Below the pieces are notes generated by a model that did no database searches, had not been told where the DNA came from, and was given only the letters and a program-made list of their open reading frames with translations. Below, one piece after another: positions 39,260-49,527 of a DNA stretch of 64,000 nt. Positions within the stretch are counted from its first letter, which is position 1. Each line of letters opens with the position of its first letter. Origin of the DNA: a bacterium (GTDB lineage Bacteria > Electryoneota > Electryoneia > Electryoneales > Electryoneaceae); the NCBI GenBank assembly GCA_963669175.1, contig OY769902.1, forward strand, positions 4,000,001-4,064,000, in the 5' to 3' direction. The position numbers and the translations under genes are program-made.

Positions 39260-42256
39260 TCACTTCATCAGAACCAACCGTTGTGTCTGAACTGCTTCCG
39301 GGGATTCGAGACGAACAAAGTATACGCCGGAAGCGTGTGCGTTCCCATTCCAGACAATGCTGTGACGTCCTGCATCAAGCTGACGATCCACCAGCGTCTC
39401 CACACGCTGGCCCAGCATGTTGAACACCGCAAGTTTTACGTTCGCGGAATGCGGCAATGTGAACGGAATCGTCACGCTTGGGTTGAACGGATTCGGATAC
39501 GCCGCTTCGAGGATAAATTCCTTCGGCAGGCCGGTATCAATGCGCAAGCTTGGATTATCAACGGATTGATGCAGCAGTTCACGCTTTGCTTCGTAGTCTG
39601 CAAAATTCTCCGGAACAACCCAAGAATTTTCCCCAAGTTGCGTCAATCCCAAAGGACGCAAGTCACGGTTAACATGTGTTCCCAGGGATAATGTTTCACG
39701 ACCGCCATAGTTGGCCAAAGCCATCTGGTAGTACGTCTCGAGCTGAGCCAGCATTCCCATCGTCTCATCAAGATCAGTCTCTGCATCCTCAATGAAATCA
39801 TCAAGCATGTCGATGGAAGCTTCAAAATCCTCGACACGATTCTGGAGCAGGATACGATTCCAGAACAATGTGCTTTCCATCCCTTCAACTTCACCCAAAT
39901 CATCCAAATCATCCAGGAGGTCTTCAGGATCAGTACCAAGCATACGGTGACAGAAAATCCAGCGTTTTAACGCAGCAGCCTCACCATCTTCGTTGAAAGC
40001 GCGCCAGTACAGCCCTGCTGCATCTTCCCATTCCTCATCTTCAACACACAGATCGGCATAATCAAAGTTGGTGAGGGTGTAAAGATCACGGTTAGCGGTG
40101 GGACTCCAATCTGCATTATCAATGATGTATCCATAGGGATAGAAATAATCATTGTAATCTGCACTGGCGCCACCCCAGAAATTCCCTTTACCGGACAATG
40201 TTCCTGCATTGTTGGTATAGAGCAAATAGTAATTGTATCCCGTTACCCGATTATCAACGAAGTCATTGTAACGCTTGAAAATGGCTGGCGTACTGAAGTA
40301 GAGGTATATTTCCGATGCACTGGCAACAGATGTTCCGGCATCACCATTTTCAAAAAGCCTGTTCCCGTAAGTTTCATAAGCCCCATTCCCCAGGACAATG
40401 TTACTGTCAAAGGAGCAACGAATACCATTATAGCCGTTGTCAGCGAAATAGGACCTTGTTACAACAGGGGCGGCGTTACAAAGATCAAGCCCATAATAGT
40501 CGTTGGATACAAATCCACAACTGTCAATAGATGCATCAGCAGAACACATTGTCAAGCCCAGGCCACTGTTTTCCACGCTGCAAAGATACATATTGACTTC
40601 ACCGTTTGTAACTTTCAACCCTCCACTGCCGCAATTGGTAAATTCAACCATGGTCAGGTCGCAGGCGCCTGACGAGCCGGAATACAGGCCATAACTATGC
40701 ATATGATCCATTGTCACATCTTCTATTTCAACTTCTGCGGTATTATAGAGTGTTACGCCATATTGCCCATAGGAAAATTCAACATGCTCAAACTCGCCAG
40801 TACCGGAACCGTTGAATTCAAAGCCACCATAATATTCATCTTCTTCCAAAGCAGTAATGAATAAATCACTACCAGTTGTAGCAATAGCACGAACAAGCAG
40901 ATCACCCTGCACTTCCCAGACAACATCCTCGAGAAAAACGACAGTGATGTCACCGGCCGTTGCCAAAATCGTCGCATCGTTGCCTGCAGATACGAGAACA
41001 TCATCTACGACATGGAAATCTGCTGCGTATGAATTATTGAACGTCTGGCCATCTGTCAACGTACCCTTGATACACAACCAGAAATCATCTGCAGCAACCG
41101 CAGAACCGCCAAAAGCGCCGATGTCTGTCGTAGTGCCATTGACATCGTTGCCAACAATGGCATTCGTTCCGACGTCCTTGCAGGGTGAATTGAAAAGCAG
41201 ATGGTAATCATAAACATCTTCAGGATCATCCACACTTGCATTCGCCAATCCCAGAAGCGGATTCTGCGTAACTGGTGATACGGTATTTACAGTGCCTACA
41301 TAGGGAATCCCGGCGCCACTGAAAACACAACAGTTGTTTGCCGTAACTGCTACCTGCGTATAAATACCATTAATGCCATAATTATAAAAGATATTGTTGT
41401 GTATTGTTGGCGCCTGGGAAACAATTTTTAACGCAATTTCATCAACATCTGCAACAGTATTGTTCAGACATGGTCCATCAAATCCATATGAATATATACC
41501 GCCATCACAGTTGGCAATCAGGTTATTCTCAACATAGATATCCGCATTATTCGCACCCGACACAGATTCTACGACAATACCGTAACCACCGAACTCGTTT
41601 GCACCGGGATCGGTGATTCCCAGGATAGTATTTCCGATAATTTCATTCGATAGTATATCATCAGGGGTCATCACATGAATCCCCTGTGAACATCTGTAGA
41701 TTTCGTTATCCCTGGCAATGACTCTGACAGTAAAAAACCCATCATGCCCTGTTCCCAATGCAGCGCCATCAATGTCATGAAAATCACAGTTGTTTACGTA
41801 GAGGTTGGCATTATCGTGACCAACCAGGGCGCCAGCCACATTATCGTTGACAATGCCATCACCACCATATTCAAACACACAGTAATCAAAATCTCCTGTA
41901 GCTCGACTTAAAGGCGTTCCATCTAAAATGATGGATCCCCAGAAGCCTGCTGTTTCAGTCGAGCCGGTGAAGATGACTCTATTGCCTTCTTCGCCCGCTG
42001 CGTTCAGAGTTGCTCCACCGTTAACAGTCAACGAGTAACCGCCTGTGAATACGACTTCGACACCCTCATCAATAGTCAGCGTTCCTCCTATGATGTTTAC
42101 ATCACCATTGATATTGTAAGGATTTCCGCCATCGGTCCAGCCATCAGGCCAAGCCGTACTTGCATTATAGTTACCTCCTGGAATGTTTGTCGCCATGGAC
42201 AATGAAGTGACAAAGAAGAGAGTAACAACCAGAAGAAATACCTTTCGCGCATCCAT
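39260..42256 (-). CDS. Secreted protein B: beta-helix repeats, TPR-like helical region, T9SS-like CTD
   Basis: Signal peptide, GNPYNINGDV, DYHL..NSPC.D.G...DIGAFGG, GNFWG, AYPNPFNP. Confidence 0.85.
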   Translation of the reverse strand: MDARKVFLLVVTLFFVTSLSMATNIPGGNYNASTAWPDGWTDGGNPYNINGDVNIIGGTLTIDEGVEVVFTGGYSLTVNGGATLNAAGEEGNRVIFTGSTETAGFWGSIILDGTPLSRATGDFDYCVFEYGGDGIVNDNVAGALVGHDNANLYVNNCDFHDIDGAALGTGHDGFFTVRVIARDNEIYRCSQGIHVMTPDDILSNEIIGNTILGITDPGANEFGGYGIVVESVSGANNADIYVENNLIANCDGGIYSYGFDGPCLNNTVADVDEIALKIVSQAPTIHNNIFYNYGINGIYTQVAVTANNCCVFSGAGIPYVGTVNTVSPVTQNPLLGLANASVDDPEDVYDYHLLFNSPCKDVGTNAIVGNDVNGTTTDIGAFGGSAVAADDFWLCIKGTLTDGQTFNNSYAADFHVVDDVLVSAGNDATILATAGDITVVFLEDVVWEVQGDLLVRAIATTGSDLFITALEEDEYYGGFEFNGSGTGEFEHVEFSYGQYGVTLYNTAEVEIEDVTMDHMHSYGLYSGSSGACDLTMVEFTNCGSGGLKVTNGEVNMYLCSVENSGLGLTMCSADASIDSCGFVSNDYYGLDLCNAAPVVTRSYFADNGYNGIRCSFDSNIVLGNGAYETYGNRLFENGDAGTSVASASEIYLYFSTPAIFKRYNDFVDNRVTGYNYYLLYTNNAGTLSGKGNFWGGASADYNDYFYPYGYIIDNADWSPTANRDLYTLTNFDYADLCVEDEEWEDAAGLYWRAFNEDGEAAALKRWIFCHRMLGTDPEDLLDDLDDLGEVEGMESTLFWNRILLQNRVEDFEASIDMLDDFIEDAETDLDETMGMLAQLETYYQMALANYGGRETLSLGTHVNRDLRPLGLTQLGENSWVVPENFADYEAKRELLHQSVDNPSLRIDTGLPKEFILEAAYPNPFNPSVTIPFTLPHSANVKLAVFNMLGQRVETLVDRQLDAGRHSIVWNGNAHASGVYFVRLESPEAVQTQRLVLMK

Positions 42257-42278
42257 CTCTACCTCCTACTTTCAAATG

Positions 42279-42351
42279 TTGACCGAGGTGTACGTCTCGG
42301 TTGATGTTTGACCGTGCGGGGTGAGCCTTCAACTCAGAACCCCGCACGGTA
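42279..42351 (-). promoter_or_regulatory. Intergenic double hairpin
   Basis: TTGACCGAG...CTCGGTTGA and ACCGTGCGGGGT...ACCCCGCACGGT. Confidence 0.65.
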
Positions 42352-42359
42352 TTATCTCC

Positions 42360-45300
42360 TCATCTGATGAGGACAATTCGCTTTCTATGTATCTCCTGAT
42401 CCGATTTGATCTCGACGAAGAGTACTCCTGAAGACTGACCAGTAAGATTAAGTGGTATCCTGTGTGTTCCCTGTTCAAGATTGCGTAGCATTGAAGCCTG
42501 TACCAGTCTTCCTAAAATATTGTACACGTTCAGTTTGATATCCATTCTTTCAGGAACTGTAAAAACGATATTTGTTACTGCATTAAATGGATTGGGATAA
42601 GGCTCTAGCATTCTGAACTCACTTGCATGACATGGATTGAATTCTCGGACTGAGGTTGGGTATTCATAGCTCGCACCTCTTGGCCCACCCCACAGGCCTA
42701 TATCGTTGCGGGTACTATCACAATCGTAATAAGCGTTATCAGGGTGTCCGGCATTGATCAACGGAGAGTCATCTGTTAAACGAAAATGGAGGGTATCCTC
42801 GAGTAAGGGATTCATTATGATGTTTAAGATATTCCAGGGGAGATTGACATTATTCGTATCATTCTCCCAAAAACAATTGTATTGATATAGGATCGGTGTA
42901 TCATCAATAGCTCTATTGAAAATTGCGATTGAGTCGTTCATAAATAGATTGTTGAAGAACTGCACACTATTCTCGCCTTCGGATAATCCGAATATGTCCA
43001 CGCCACATTCAAAACCAGTAAAGACATTATTTGTAAAAAGCACTTCCAGATCGGGGGTGACCCATACTCCATCTGCTTCTTCCCAGTCATGGTTCTCGAA
43101 AAGATTATTAGCTACATAGCCAGAAGAAAAGTTTGTACAACATATACCTAATGGAACATTGAAAAACCTGTTTCGAAAAATCTCCCCATGGCTTGACTCG
43201 TCCAATCGTACCCCCTCGCAATTATAGAAGTCGTTGTCTTGAATCAGCGCGGTAGAATTCAGGATGCACCATATAGAGGAAGAATTGGGAGATTCTTCAT
43301 ATTGATTCCAAAAAACAGAATTTGTTATTTCAATATCAGATGCGTTCAGGAATACATACATGATAAATTCGGGAACCTGCGAAACGAACAAACAGGAATC
43401 AATTTGGGCTTGTGAAGAATTGAGAAGGTAAACACTCATATAGTTGTCGAATAATCTGGAATGTCTCAGATTCAATATGCTGGCTGAATCAAGCTTGACT
43501 GCCTCGTTGGCTTTTTCTATGTCTGAATAACTTATATAATTCACAAAATGGCTGTCCAAGAAAGAAATTCCATTCCACAGAGCGTAGTCGCTTTCTTCAA
43601 GCTCACTGGTGAAGCAAATCGAATCCTCGACTGTCCCTTCAGCGATAAGCCGTCCATACACATCCAAACCAATTAGCTGCTCTTGATCCTCCACATACCT
43701 GAACCGCAATTCACAGCCCGGTTCAATAACCAGGCTGTCGCCTTCGGGAACGACAATATCCCCGATTACATAGAACGGGCTGTCCTCAATATGGAGAACC
43801 CCACTGATCTCGCCACTGAGTAGAGAACGTTGGTCCACATCCACAGTGACTATGGATGAGTCGGTCTGCCCTTCACCATCCTCCACGATCACCGTGAAGC
43901 TGAAATCCTCCGCATCTTCGGGTACGGTTCCCGATACGGCTGTCGTATCACTAACCCAGTCCAGCTCATCCTCCTCACTTAACCATTCCGGCAAGTCCGG
44001 GAAGGTGAAACTAAAGGGGCCGTTGTCATCGGTGGCGGTGATCTGGATGCGGAGCAATTGTCCGGTTTGGGCAAAGACTTCTTCAGGGATGGTTTGTACT
44101 GGTGGGTTGTCCGAGGACTGGTCGTAGTAATAGCACCCTATATCGGCACGGGTGCCGTCAGGATCGTCCTCACTATCCGGATCACCAGCGTCTATGCAGG
44201 GGCTGTTGGCCTGGAGATGATAATCGTAGGGATCCCCGCCTTCAAGGAAGGGATTTGCATCCAGGTTGGTTTCATCCAGATCGAAATTGTCCGTTGCAGC
44301 GGTAACATTCCAGAAACAATTGTATTGAGCGCTAACCGGTTCAACAGCCGTACTTCGACGTATGCCTATGCAGTCAACACCATCGCCCATGAAGATATTA
44401 TTCGTGATCTGATCCATGATCAGGTTGCTGTTCCCATAGATACCATAATTGCGAAACAGTATCGTATTGTTGATACAGGACAATGTACCAGAAGATATCA
44501 TAATTGCCTTATTATCACCAACTATTACATTATTTGTCAGCACAGTAGTGCCTTCCGCTATTAATACGGCTTCATTACCTTCATTTAATATAATTATATT
44601 ACTATCTACTTCAACATAATTTAACACATGATTACTTATATGTAATATTTTATTATGGTTGCCAACAATGCGACCGGAAGCACCGCTTGTACGAATATCT
44701 CTATCTGAAACATTGTAAGCAATAATAAAATTGCCTTCAGTGACACTTATCAAGTAAGCAGTATTTCTTAGAACAGCGACATTTGTAAATAGTATTTCCA
44801 GTTCATGGACATCATTTCCGACAACAAGTGAAGTATCGCAGTTCAGGATAACTACTTTTACATCTTCCCCAGTGTTGGCCTCAATATGGCCGCTACCACC
44901 GTACTCAAGGCGAATCTCCATTTCACGCAACACATCGCCTTGCCACAGTGTTGTTTCTACAGAATCCGGTCCTCCCATCCAACTGTTCACAGCATACCGA
45001 CCAGTGGTTATTACCCGTGAATGCCGTATGGAAAATGCACTACTGTCAACCTGGAAGGGGAATAACGCTGAATCAATCACCACAAAAGCGAACTGGCTCC
45101 GGTTCTCCGAACTCTGAAGTGAGAATCCCTGAAAAGCCCATTCCGAATCTGACAGGAAACGAATTGAGTCATTTTCGTTACCGTTGGCAAGTAAGCAACC
45201 ATTAACAACAAATGGTGTTTTTATTGTTTCAGATTGGTCCTGGAATTCGACTACTACTCCCGGCCTGATCTGAAGCGTATCCCCTTCAGGAACGAACAGG

Positions 45301-45572
45301 GTATCGATAACGATGTAAGGCGAGCCCTCCACGTTCCACACGCCGGAGACTTCGCCGGAGACAATGGTCTCGGCGAACATTATTCCTGGTAAGCTAAAAA
45401 GGAGAGTTAGCATACAAGCGCAGAAAATGACTCGGATAAAACCATCCCGCGATAGAACGTGATTACTGTCATGGGCAGCAGGGAATCGCTCGGGCATTGC
45501 GTTTGCTTTCCAGCACAATGTGCGTTTTCCTGACTCTTCGAAAAAGATTCTGACTTGTGTATACAATTGCAT
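42360..45572 (-). CDS. Secreted protein A2 (paralog of A1)
   Basis: Same constant blocks and CTD as A1; GAGGAG RBS before ATG 45572. Confidence 0.85.
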   Translation of the reverse strand: MQLYTQVRIFFEESGKRTLCWKANAMPERFPAAHDSNHVLSRDGFIRVIFCACMLTLLFSLPGIMFAETIVSGEVSGVWNVEGSPYIVIDTLFVPEGDTLQIRPGVVVEFQDQSETIKTPFVVNGCLLANGNENDSIRFLSDSEWAFQGFSLQSSENRSQFAFVVIDSALFPFQVDSSAFSIRHSRVITTGRYAVNSWMGGPDSVETTLWQGDVLREMEIRLEYGGSGHIEANTGEDVKVVILNCDTSLVVGNDVHELEILFTNVAVLRNTAYLISVTEGNFIIAYNVSDRDIRTSGASGRIVGNHNKILHISNHVLNYVEVDSNIIILNEGNEAVLIAEGTTVLTNNVIVGDNKAIMISSGTLSCINNTILFRNYGIYGNSNLIMDQITNNIFMGDGVDCIGIRRSTAVEPVSAQYNCFWNVTAATDNFDLDETNLDANPFLEGGDPYDYHLQANSPCIDAGDPDSEDDPDGTRADIGCYYYDQSSDNPPVQTIPEEVFAQTGQLLRIQITATDDNGPFSFTFPDLPEWLSEEDELDWVSDTTAVSGTVPEDAEDFSFTVIVEDGEGQTDSSIVTVDVDQRSLLSGEISGVLHIEDSPFYVIGDIVVPEGDSLVIEPGCELRFRYVEDQEQLIGLDVYGRLIAEGTVEDSICFTSELEESDYALWNGISFLDSHFVNYISYSDIEKANEAVKLDSASILNLRHSRLFDNYMSVYLLNSSQAQIDSCLFVSQVPEFIMYVFLNASDIEITNSVFWNQYEESPNSSSIWCILNSTALIQDNDFYNCEGVRLDESSHGEIFRNRFFNVPLGICCTNFSSGYVANNLFENHDWEEADGVWVTPDLEVLFTNNVFTGFECGVDIFGLSEGENSVQFFNNLFMNDSIAIFNRAIDDTPILYQYNCFWENDTNNVNLPWNILNIIMNPLLEDTLHFRLTDDSPLINAGHPDNAYYDCDSTRNDIGLWGGPRGASYEYPTSVREFNPCHASEFRMLEPYPNPFNAVTNIVFTVPERMDIKLNVYNILGRLVQASMLRNLEQGTHRIPLNLTGQSSGVLFVEIKSDQEIHRKRIVLIR

Positions 45573-45583
45573 TAGTATACTCC

Positions 45584-48500
45584 TCACTTAAGCAGAATCA
45601 CACGATTACGCCTTACTTCATCACCTGCAGTCACTTCCAGGAAATACATTCCCGAAGCAAGCTGGTTGGCGGAATAGCTCACGATATGGTTTCCGGCATC
45701 CAGCGCCGGTGTGTGTCGTGTAAAAACCTGTCTTCCCAGGACATTGTACAGTCTCAATGTCAGTGAGCAACGGCAGGGTAAAGCTATCTGGATGTTCTGA
45801 ACGGAATTGAACGGGTTTGGGTAGGGCGGGCTCAACCTGAACTCCGTGGGCAACTCGTCATACGATTCTGTCACCCAGTCCGGGTACTGGTAGGAGATTC
45901 CGTACGGCCCACCCCATAGGCCGATGTCGTTTCGGGTGCTATCTGTGTCATTATGCAATAAGCCGGGATATCCTGCATCAATGAGTGGAGAATTATCATA
46001 TAAGTAGAATGAATCCATATCTACGATACAAGGATCAAGAAACAAATTGTTTTCACCTATTGTACATTGATATACAAGTGTATCATTTTCATAGAAGTTA
46101 TTATATTCAATCGAAGGCAAATCCTCTGAGCCATCCACTGCTTGTATAGCATAATGATTACCTAAGAATAAATTATTGACAACAACAGGGAGCGTATCAC
46201 CTGACGAAACAGCCAGAAATCGAACCCCCGAATAGCTGTTCAGAAAAACATTATTTTCAACATGGATAGCTTTTCTTGGAACGCTGACACCAGCGCCAAA
46301 TGTTTCTGTCCCTAAATCATTAAACACACAGTTGGAAACGATACCTGTAGCATGATTGGCAAATGTAACTCCTAAACGAGTTTGATAAAAATAACACCGC
46401 CTTATTTCACTATAACTACTCATGTCTATTGCAATATAGCCATTATTATATAATTCACAATTTGACATATATAAAATAGATTCATTATTCACTGATACAC
46501 TTATAACATGATTATAACAATAAAATATTGTATTATCAATAGTAATATTTGAGTTTCTTAATCGTATTTGCATTGTACTAATGTTTGTTGCTATAAAATA
46601 ACAAGAATTAATTGCAATAGTTGTGTTATTTATTACAAAAACAGAATGTTTATTGCCGTAAAATATTACATTGCTTATATTAGCACTGCAATTATCCTTA
46701 ATATTCAGAGCAATTTCAGCATTTTCGATTTTGGTGTAGGCAATTCTTGCATAGGATGTTGTCGCAAGTTCTATCCCATTCCATTGAGCTGATTCGAGGT
46801 CTTGTATACTTCCTTTTAGAAAAACACTGTCACCTTCCACTCCCTCGCAAAACAAAGAACCATAACAGCAAAACTCAATCCTCTGTTCATCATCCTCCAC
46901 ATACCGGAACTGCAATTCACACCCCGGTTCAATGATCAGGCTATCCCCTTCGGGGACGACGATATCCTCCACAACATAGAACGGGCTGTCTTCATCATGC
47001 AAGATGCCACTGATCTCACCACGAAGCAGGTTGCGTTGATCCACATCCACGGTGACAAGAGAGGTATCCGTCTGCCCTTCGCCATCCTCCACAATCACCG
47101 TGAAACTGAAGTCCTCCGCATCTGCGGGCACGGTTCCCGATACCACGGTCGTATCACTGACCCAGTCCAATTCATCTTCTTCGGTCAGCCAGTCCGGAAG
47201 GTCAGGAAAGGTGAAGTCAAATGGGCCGTTGTCATCGGTGGCGGTGATCTGAATTCGGAGCAGTAGACCGGTCTGGGCGAAAATCTCTTCGGGGATGGTC
47301 TGGACCGGTGGGTTGTCTATAGAATGGTCGTAGTAGTAGCAACCGATATCCGCACGGGTGCCGTCCGGATCGTCTTCACTGTCAGGATCACCGGCATCAA
47401 TGCAGGGGCTGTTGGCCTGGAGATGATAATCGTAGGGATCCCCGCCTTCAAAGAAGGGATTAGCTTCACCATTTGTTTCGTCAAGCGTTTCACCGTTGTC
47501 CAACATCCCGGTGACATTATAGAATATATTGTACTGAATATTATCATATTCCGCATCCATATGCAGGGCATCACAGTCTATGCCGTCACCCATAAAGATA
47601 TTGTTCCTGACTTCGGATCCGTCGGGCAGGCGAAGGCAAGTAGACCTGAAATGAAACGTGTTGTTAATCAGTGCGACTGTGCTTTCATCATAAAGGTCAA
47701 TCGCAAAATTCGTGTTGCACAAATTGTTCTGTAAGAATATTTCACCACCGTCAATATCCCAATCGCCATAGAAGAGGTTATTTACAGCTTCTACGCTGCA
47801 GGCCGTCAGGTTAACCATATTCAGTTTGTTGTGAGTCATTGTAACTGTAGCCAGATCAATTGTCGTGGTCACACGAATATGGTTGCTGTCCAGGGAAACC
47901 GTTCCACCACTATAAAGCATTAATCGATCAATAGTATTGCGGGCAAAAAGTTCAGGAATGGCGCCCACCAGGATGAAGCCTTGAATGTCGTTATCAGAGA
48001 GTGTATCTACTTCAGCGTTAAGAATTTGTACCCGGAAGTAACCCTTGTTATGGCAGATTGAATGAGGTCCACCACCGCGAAGCGTCATACCGGGAAATCC
48101 TGCAGTGTCTGGATACTGGATAGTGCAATATTCAAGGGTATCGGCAGAATTATAACTTTGATACAGGTTATCAATGGTCTTGATTCTGCAATGACGAAAC
48201 ACCAGTGAATATGCGTCATGTATATCTACAAGTTGTTGCAGTGAGTCAAACACGGCATAGTGAGCACGAATATTTACCGTAGTGATTTCGTCAGGCGTAT
48301 AGAAACCCTGAAAAGCAGCTCCTTCTGACCAGAAGCATACCGAGTCCCCTTCTTCACCATCAATAAACAAGGAGCCCAGTACGCAGAAAGGCGTACGTGT
48401 AGAATCGGTCTGATTATGGAAAAAGACAGATACTCCCGGCCTGATCTGAAGCGTATCCCCTTCAGGAACGAACAGGGTATCGATAACGATGTAAGGCGAG

Positions 48501-49120
48501 CCATCCGTATTCCACACGCCGGAGACTTCACCAGAGACAATGGTCTCGGCTTGAGCCGAAGTAAAAAAAGTAAACAAAGTGAAAAAGGTGAAAAAAGAAA
48601 CGGCAAACTGCGTGGCCCGACTTTCCAGATGTGAAACCAGGAACTCTTGTGATGACGGCGACGATGGCTGAGCTTGCCCCTGCGCTGCATTTGATGAGCA
48701 AGTCGGGCGCGGATGGCGAAGCGGGGATGATTGATGCGTTGAACCTCGAGATCCCCGTTCAAGCCGGGGATGACATAACGAAGTGAAAAAAGCAATCAGT
48801 GAAAAAGGTAGCCGGGGATGCTTGCGTACGTGCCAGTTTCGCATGGCCCGATTTGCCGGTTGTGAAGGTGGACGCTCTTGAGGTAACAGCGCTGTTCCCT
48901 GCACTTCACACTGCGCTGCGCTCGATGAGCAGGTCAGAAATCCTGAAGTATCAAGTAGACGCACAAGGGTCTCCAGTAGTTGGCTGGCGAGTGACAACAA
49001 GCGGGTTAGCATCAGACAGAAAAGGCGGGGAATGCGATTCCATCTGTGTAAGGTTTGGTCGTTTCTACGCACGTCAGCAGGTAATAGCATCCGTGCATAC
49101 CAGCGGCTCATTTGATTCAT
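45584..49120 (-). CDS. Secreted protein A3 (paralog of A1) with a repeat-derived 191-aa leader
   Basis: GGAGGAG before ATG 49120; MNQM..AR..P...PR..CL.L..LL resembles the A1 leader; mature ETIVSGEV starts at 48547. Confidence 0.8.
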   Translation of the reverse strand: MNQMSRWYARMLLPADVRRNDQTLHRWNRIPRLFCLMLTRLLSLASQLLETLVRLLDTSGFLTCSSSAAQCEVQGTALLPQERPPSQPANRAMRNWHVRKHPRLPFSLIAFFTSLCHPRLERGSRGSTHQSSPLRHPRPTCSSNAAQGQAQPSSPSSQEFLVSHLESRATQFAVSFFTFFTLFTFFTSAQAETIVSGEVSGVWNTDGSPYIVIDTLFVPEGDTLQIRPGVSVFFHNQTDSTRTPFCVLGSLFIDGEEGDSVCFWSEGAAFQGFYTPDEITTVNIRAHYAVFDSLQQLVDIHDAYSLVFRHCRIKTIDNLYQSYNSADTLEYCTIQYPDTAGFPGMTLRGGGPHSICHNKGYFRVQILNAEVDTLSDNDIQGFILVGAIPELFARNTIDRLMLYSGGTVSLDSNHIRVTTTIDLATVTMTHNKLNMVNLTACSVEAVNNLFYGDWDIDGGEIFLQNNLCNTNFAIDLYDESTVALINNTFHFRSTCLRLPDGSEVRNNIFMGDGIDCDALHMDAEYDNIQYNIFYNVTGMLDNGETLDETNGEANPFFEGGDPYDYHLQANSPCIDAGDPDSEDDPDGTRADIGCYYYDHSIDNPPVQTIPEEIFAQTGLLLRIQITATDDNGPFDFTFPDLPDWLTEEDELDWVSDTTVVSGTVPADAEDFSFTVIVEDGEGQTDTSLVTVDVDQRNLLRGEISGILHDEDSPFYVVEDIVVPEGDSLIIEPGCELQFRYVEDDEQRIEFCCYGSLFCEGVEGDSVFLKGSIQDLESAQWNGIELATTSYARIAYTKIENAEIALNIKDNCSANISNVIFYGNKHSVFVINNTTIAINSCYFIATNISTMQIRLRNSNITIDNTIFYCYNHVISVSVNNESILYMSNCELYNNGYIAIDMSSYSEIRRCYFYQTRLGVTFANHATGIVSNCVFNDLGTETFGAGVSVPRKAIHVENNVFLNSYSGVRFLAVSSGDTLPVVVNNLFLGNHYAIQAVDGSEDLPSIEYNNFYENDTLVYQCTIGENNLFLDPCIVDMDSFYLYDNSPLIDAGYPGLLHNDTDSTRNDIGLWGGPYGISYQYPDWVTESYDELPTEFRLSPPYPNPFNSVQNIQIALPCRCSLTLRLYNVLGRQVFTRHTPALDAGNHIVSYSANQLASGMYFLEVTAGDEVRRNRVILLK

Positions 49121-49527
49121 TGCTCCTCCATATACTGGGAACATAAATTTAGCTCGTGATTTACCACAAAACAACTCAATCCTCTCATTACGTAGAAAAA
49201 CATAAATACACATAGCATTGTCTTTAATAAAAAGATTATTCACGCCTATAAAATAATCATTTTCAGCCATTTAAATAGCTTAGCAATCCTCAAACATTCA
49301 ACAAACAACAATTTCATACAGATATATGAACCATTTTCTTTTGTATACATTTCTTTATCTTCTCCCATAAAGTTGCATATAGTATAGTATAATATAATAT
49401 TATTTATTTTATAATTTTATTATATATTCCGCTTTATTTCATATCATTCATAGAATAATATACAAGAGCACAAAACAGTAACAATCAACTTGGTCGAGTG
49501 CTTTGTATATAAACGATGCTTCCGTTT

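Noticed and set aside
30090-48547. Diversity-generating retroelement behind the variable regions
   Set aside because: No reverse transcriptase and no template/variable repeat pair differing only at adenines; divergence spans hundreds of codons.
49121-49270. Longer ORF-track start for A3 at 49270
   Set aside because: No RBS and AT-rich sequence; ATG 49120 has GGAGGAG and matches the A1 leader.
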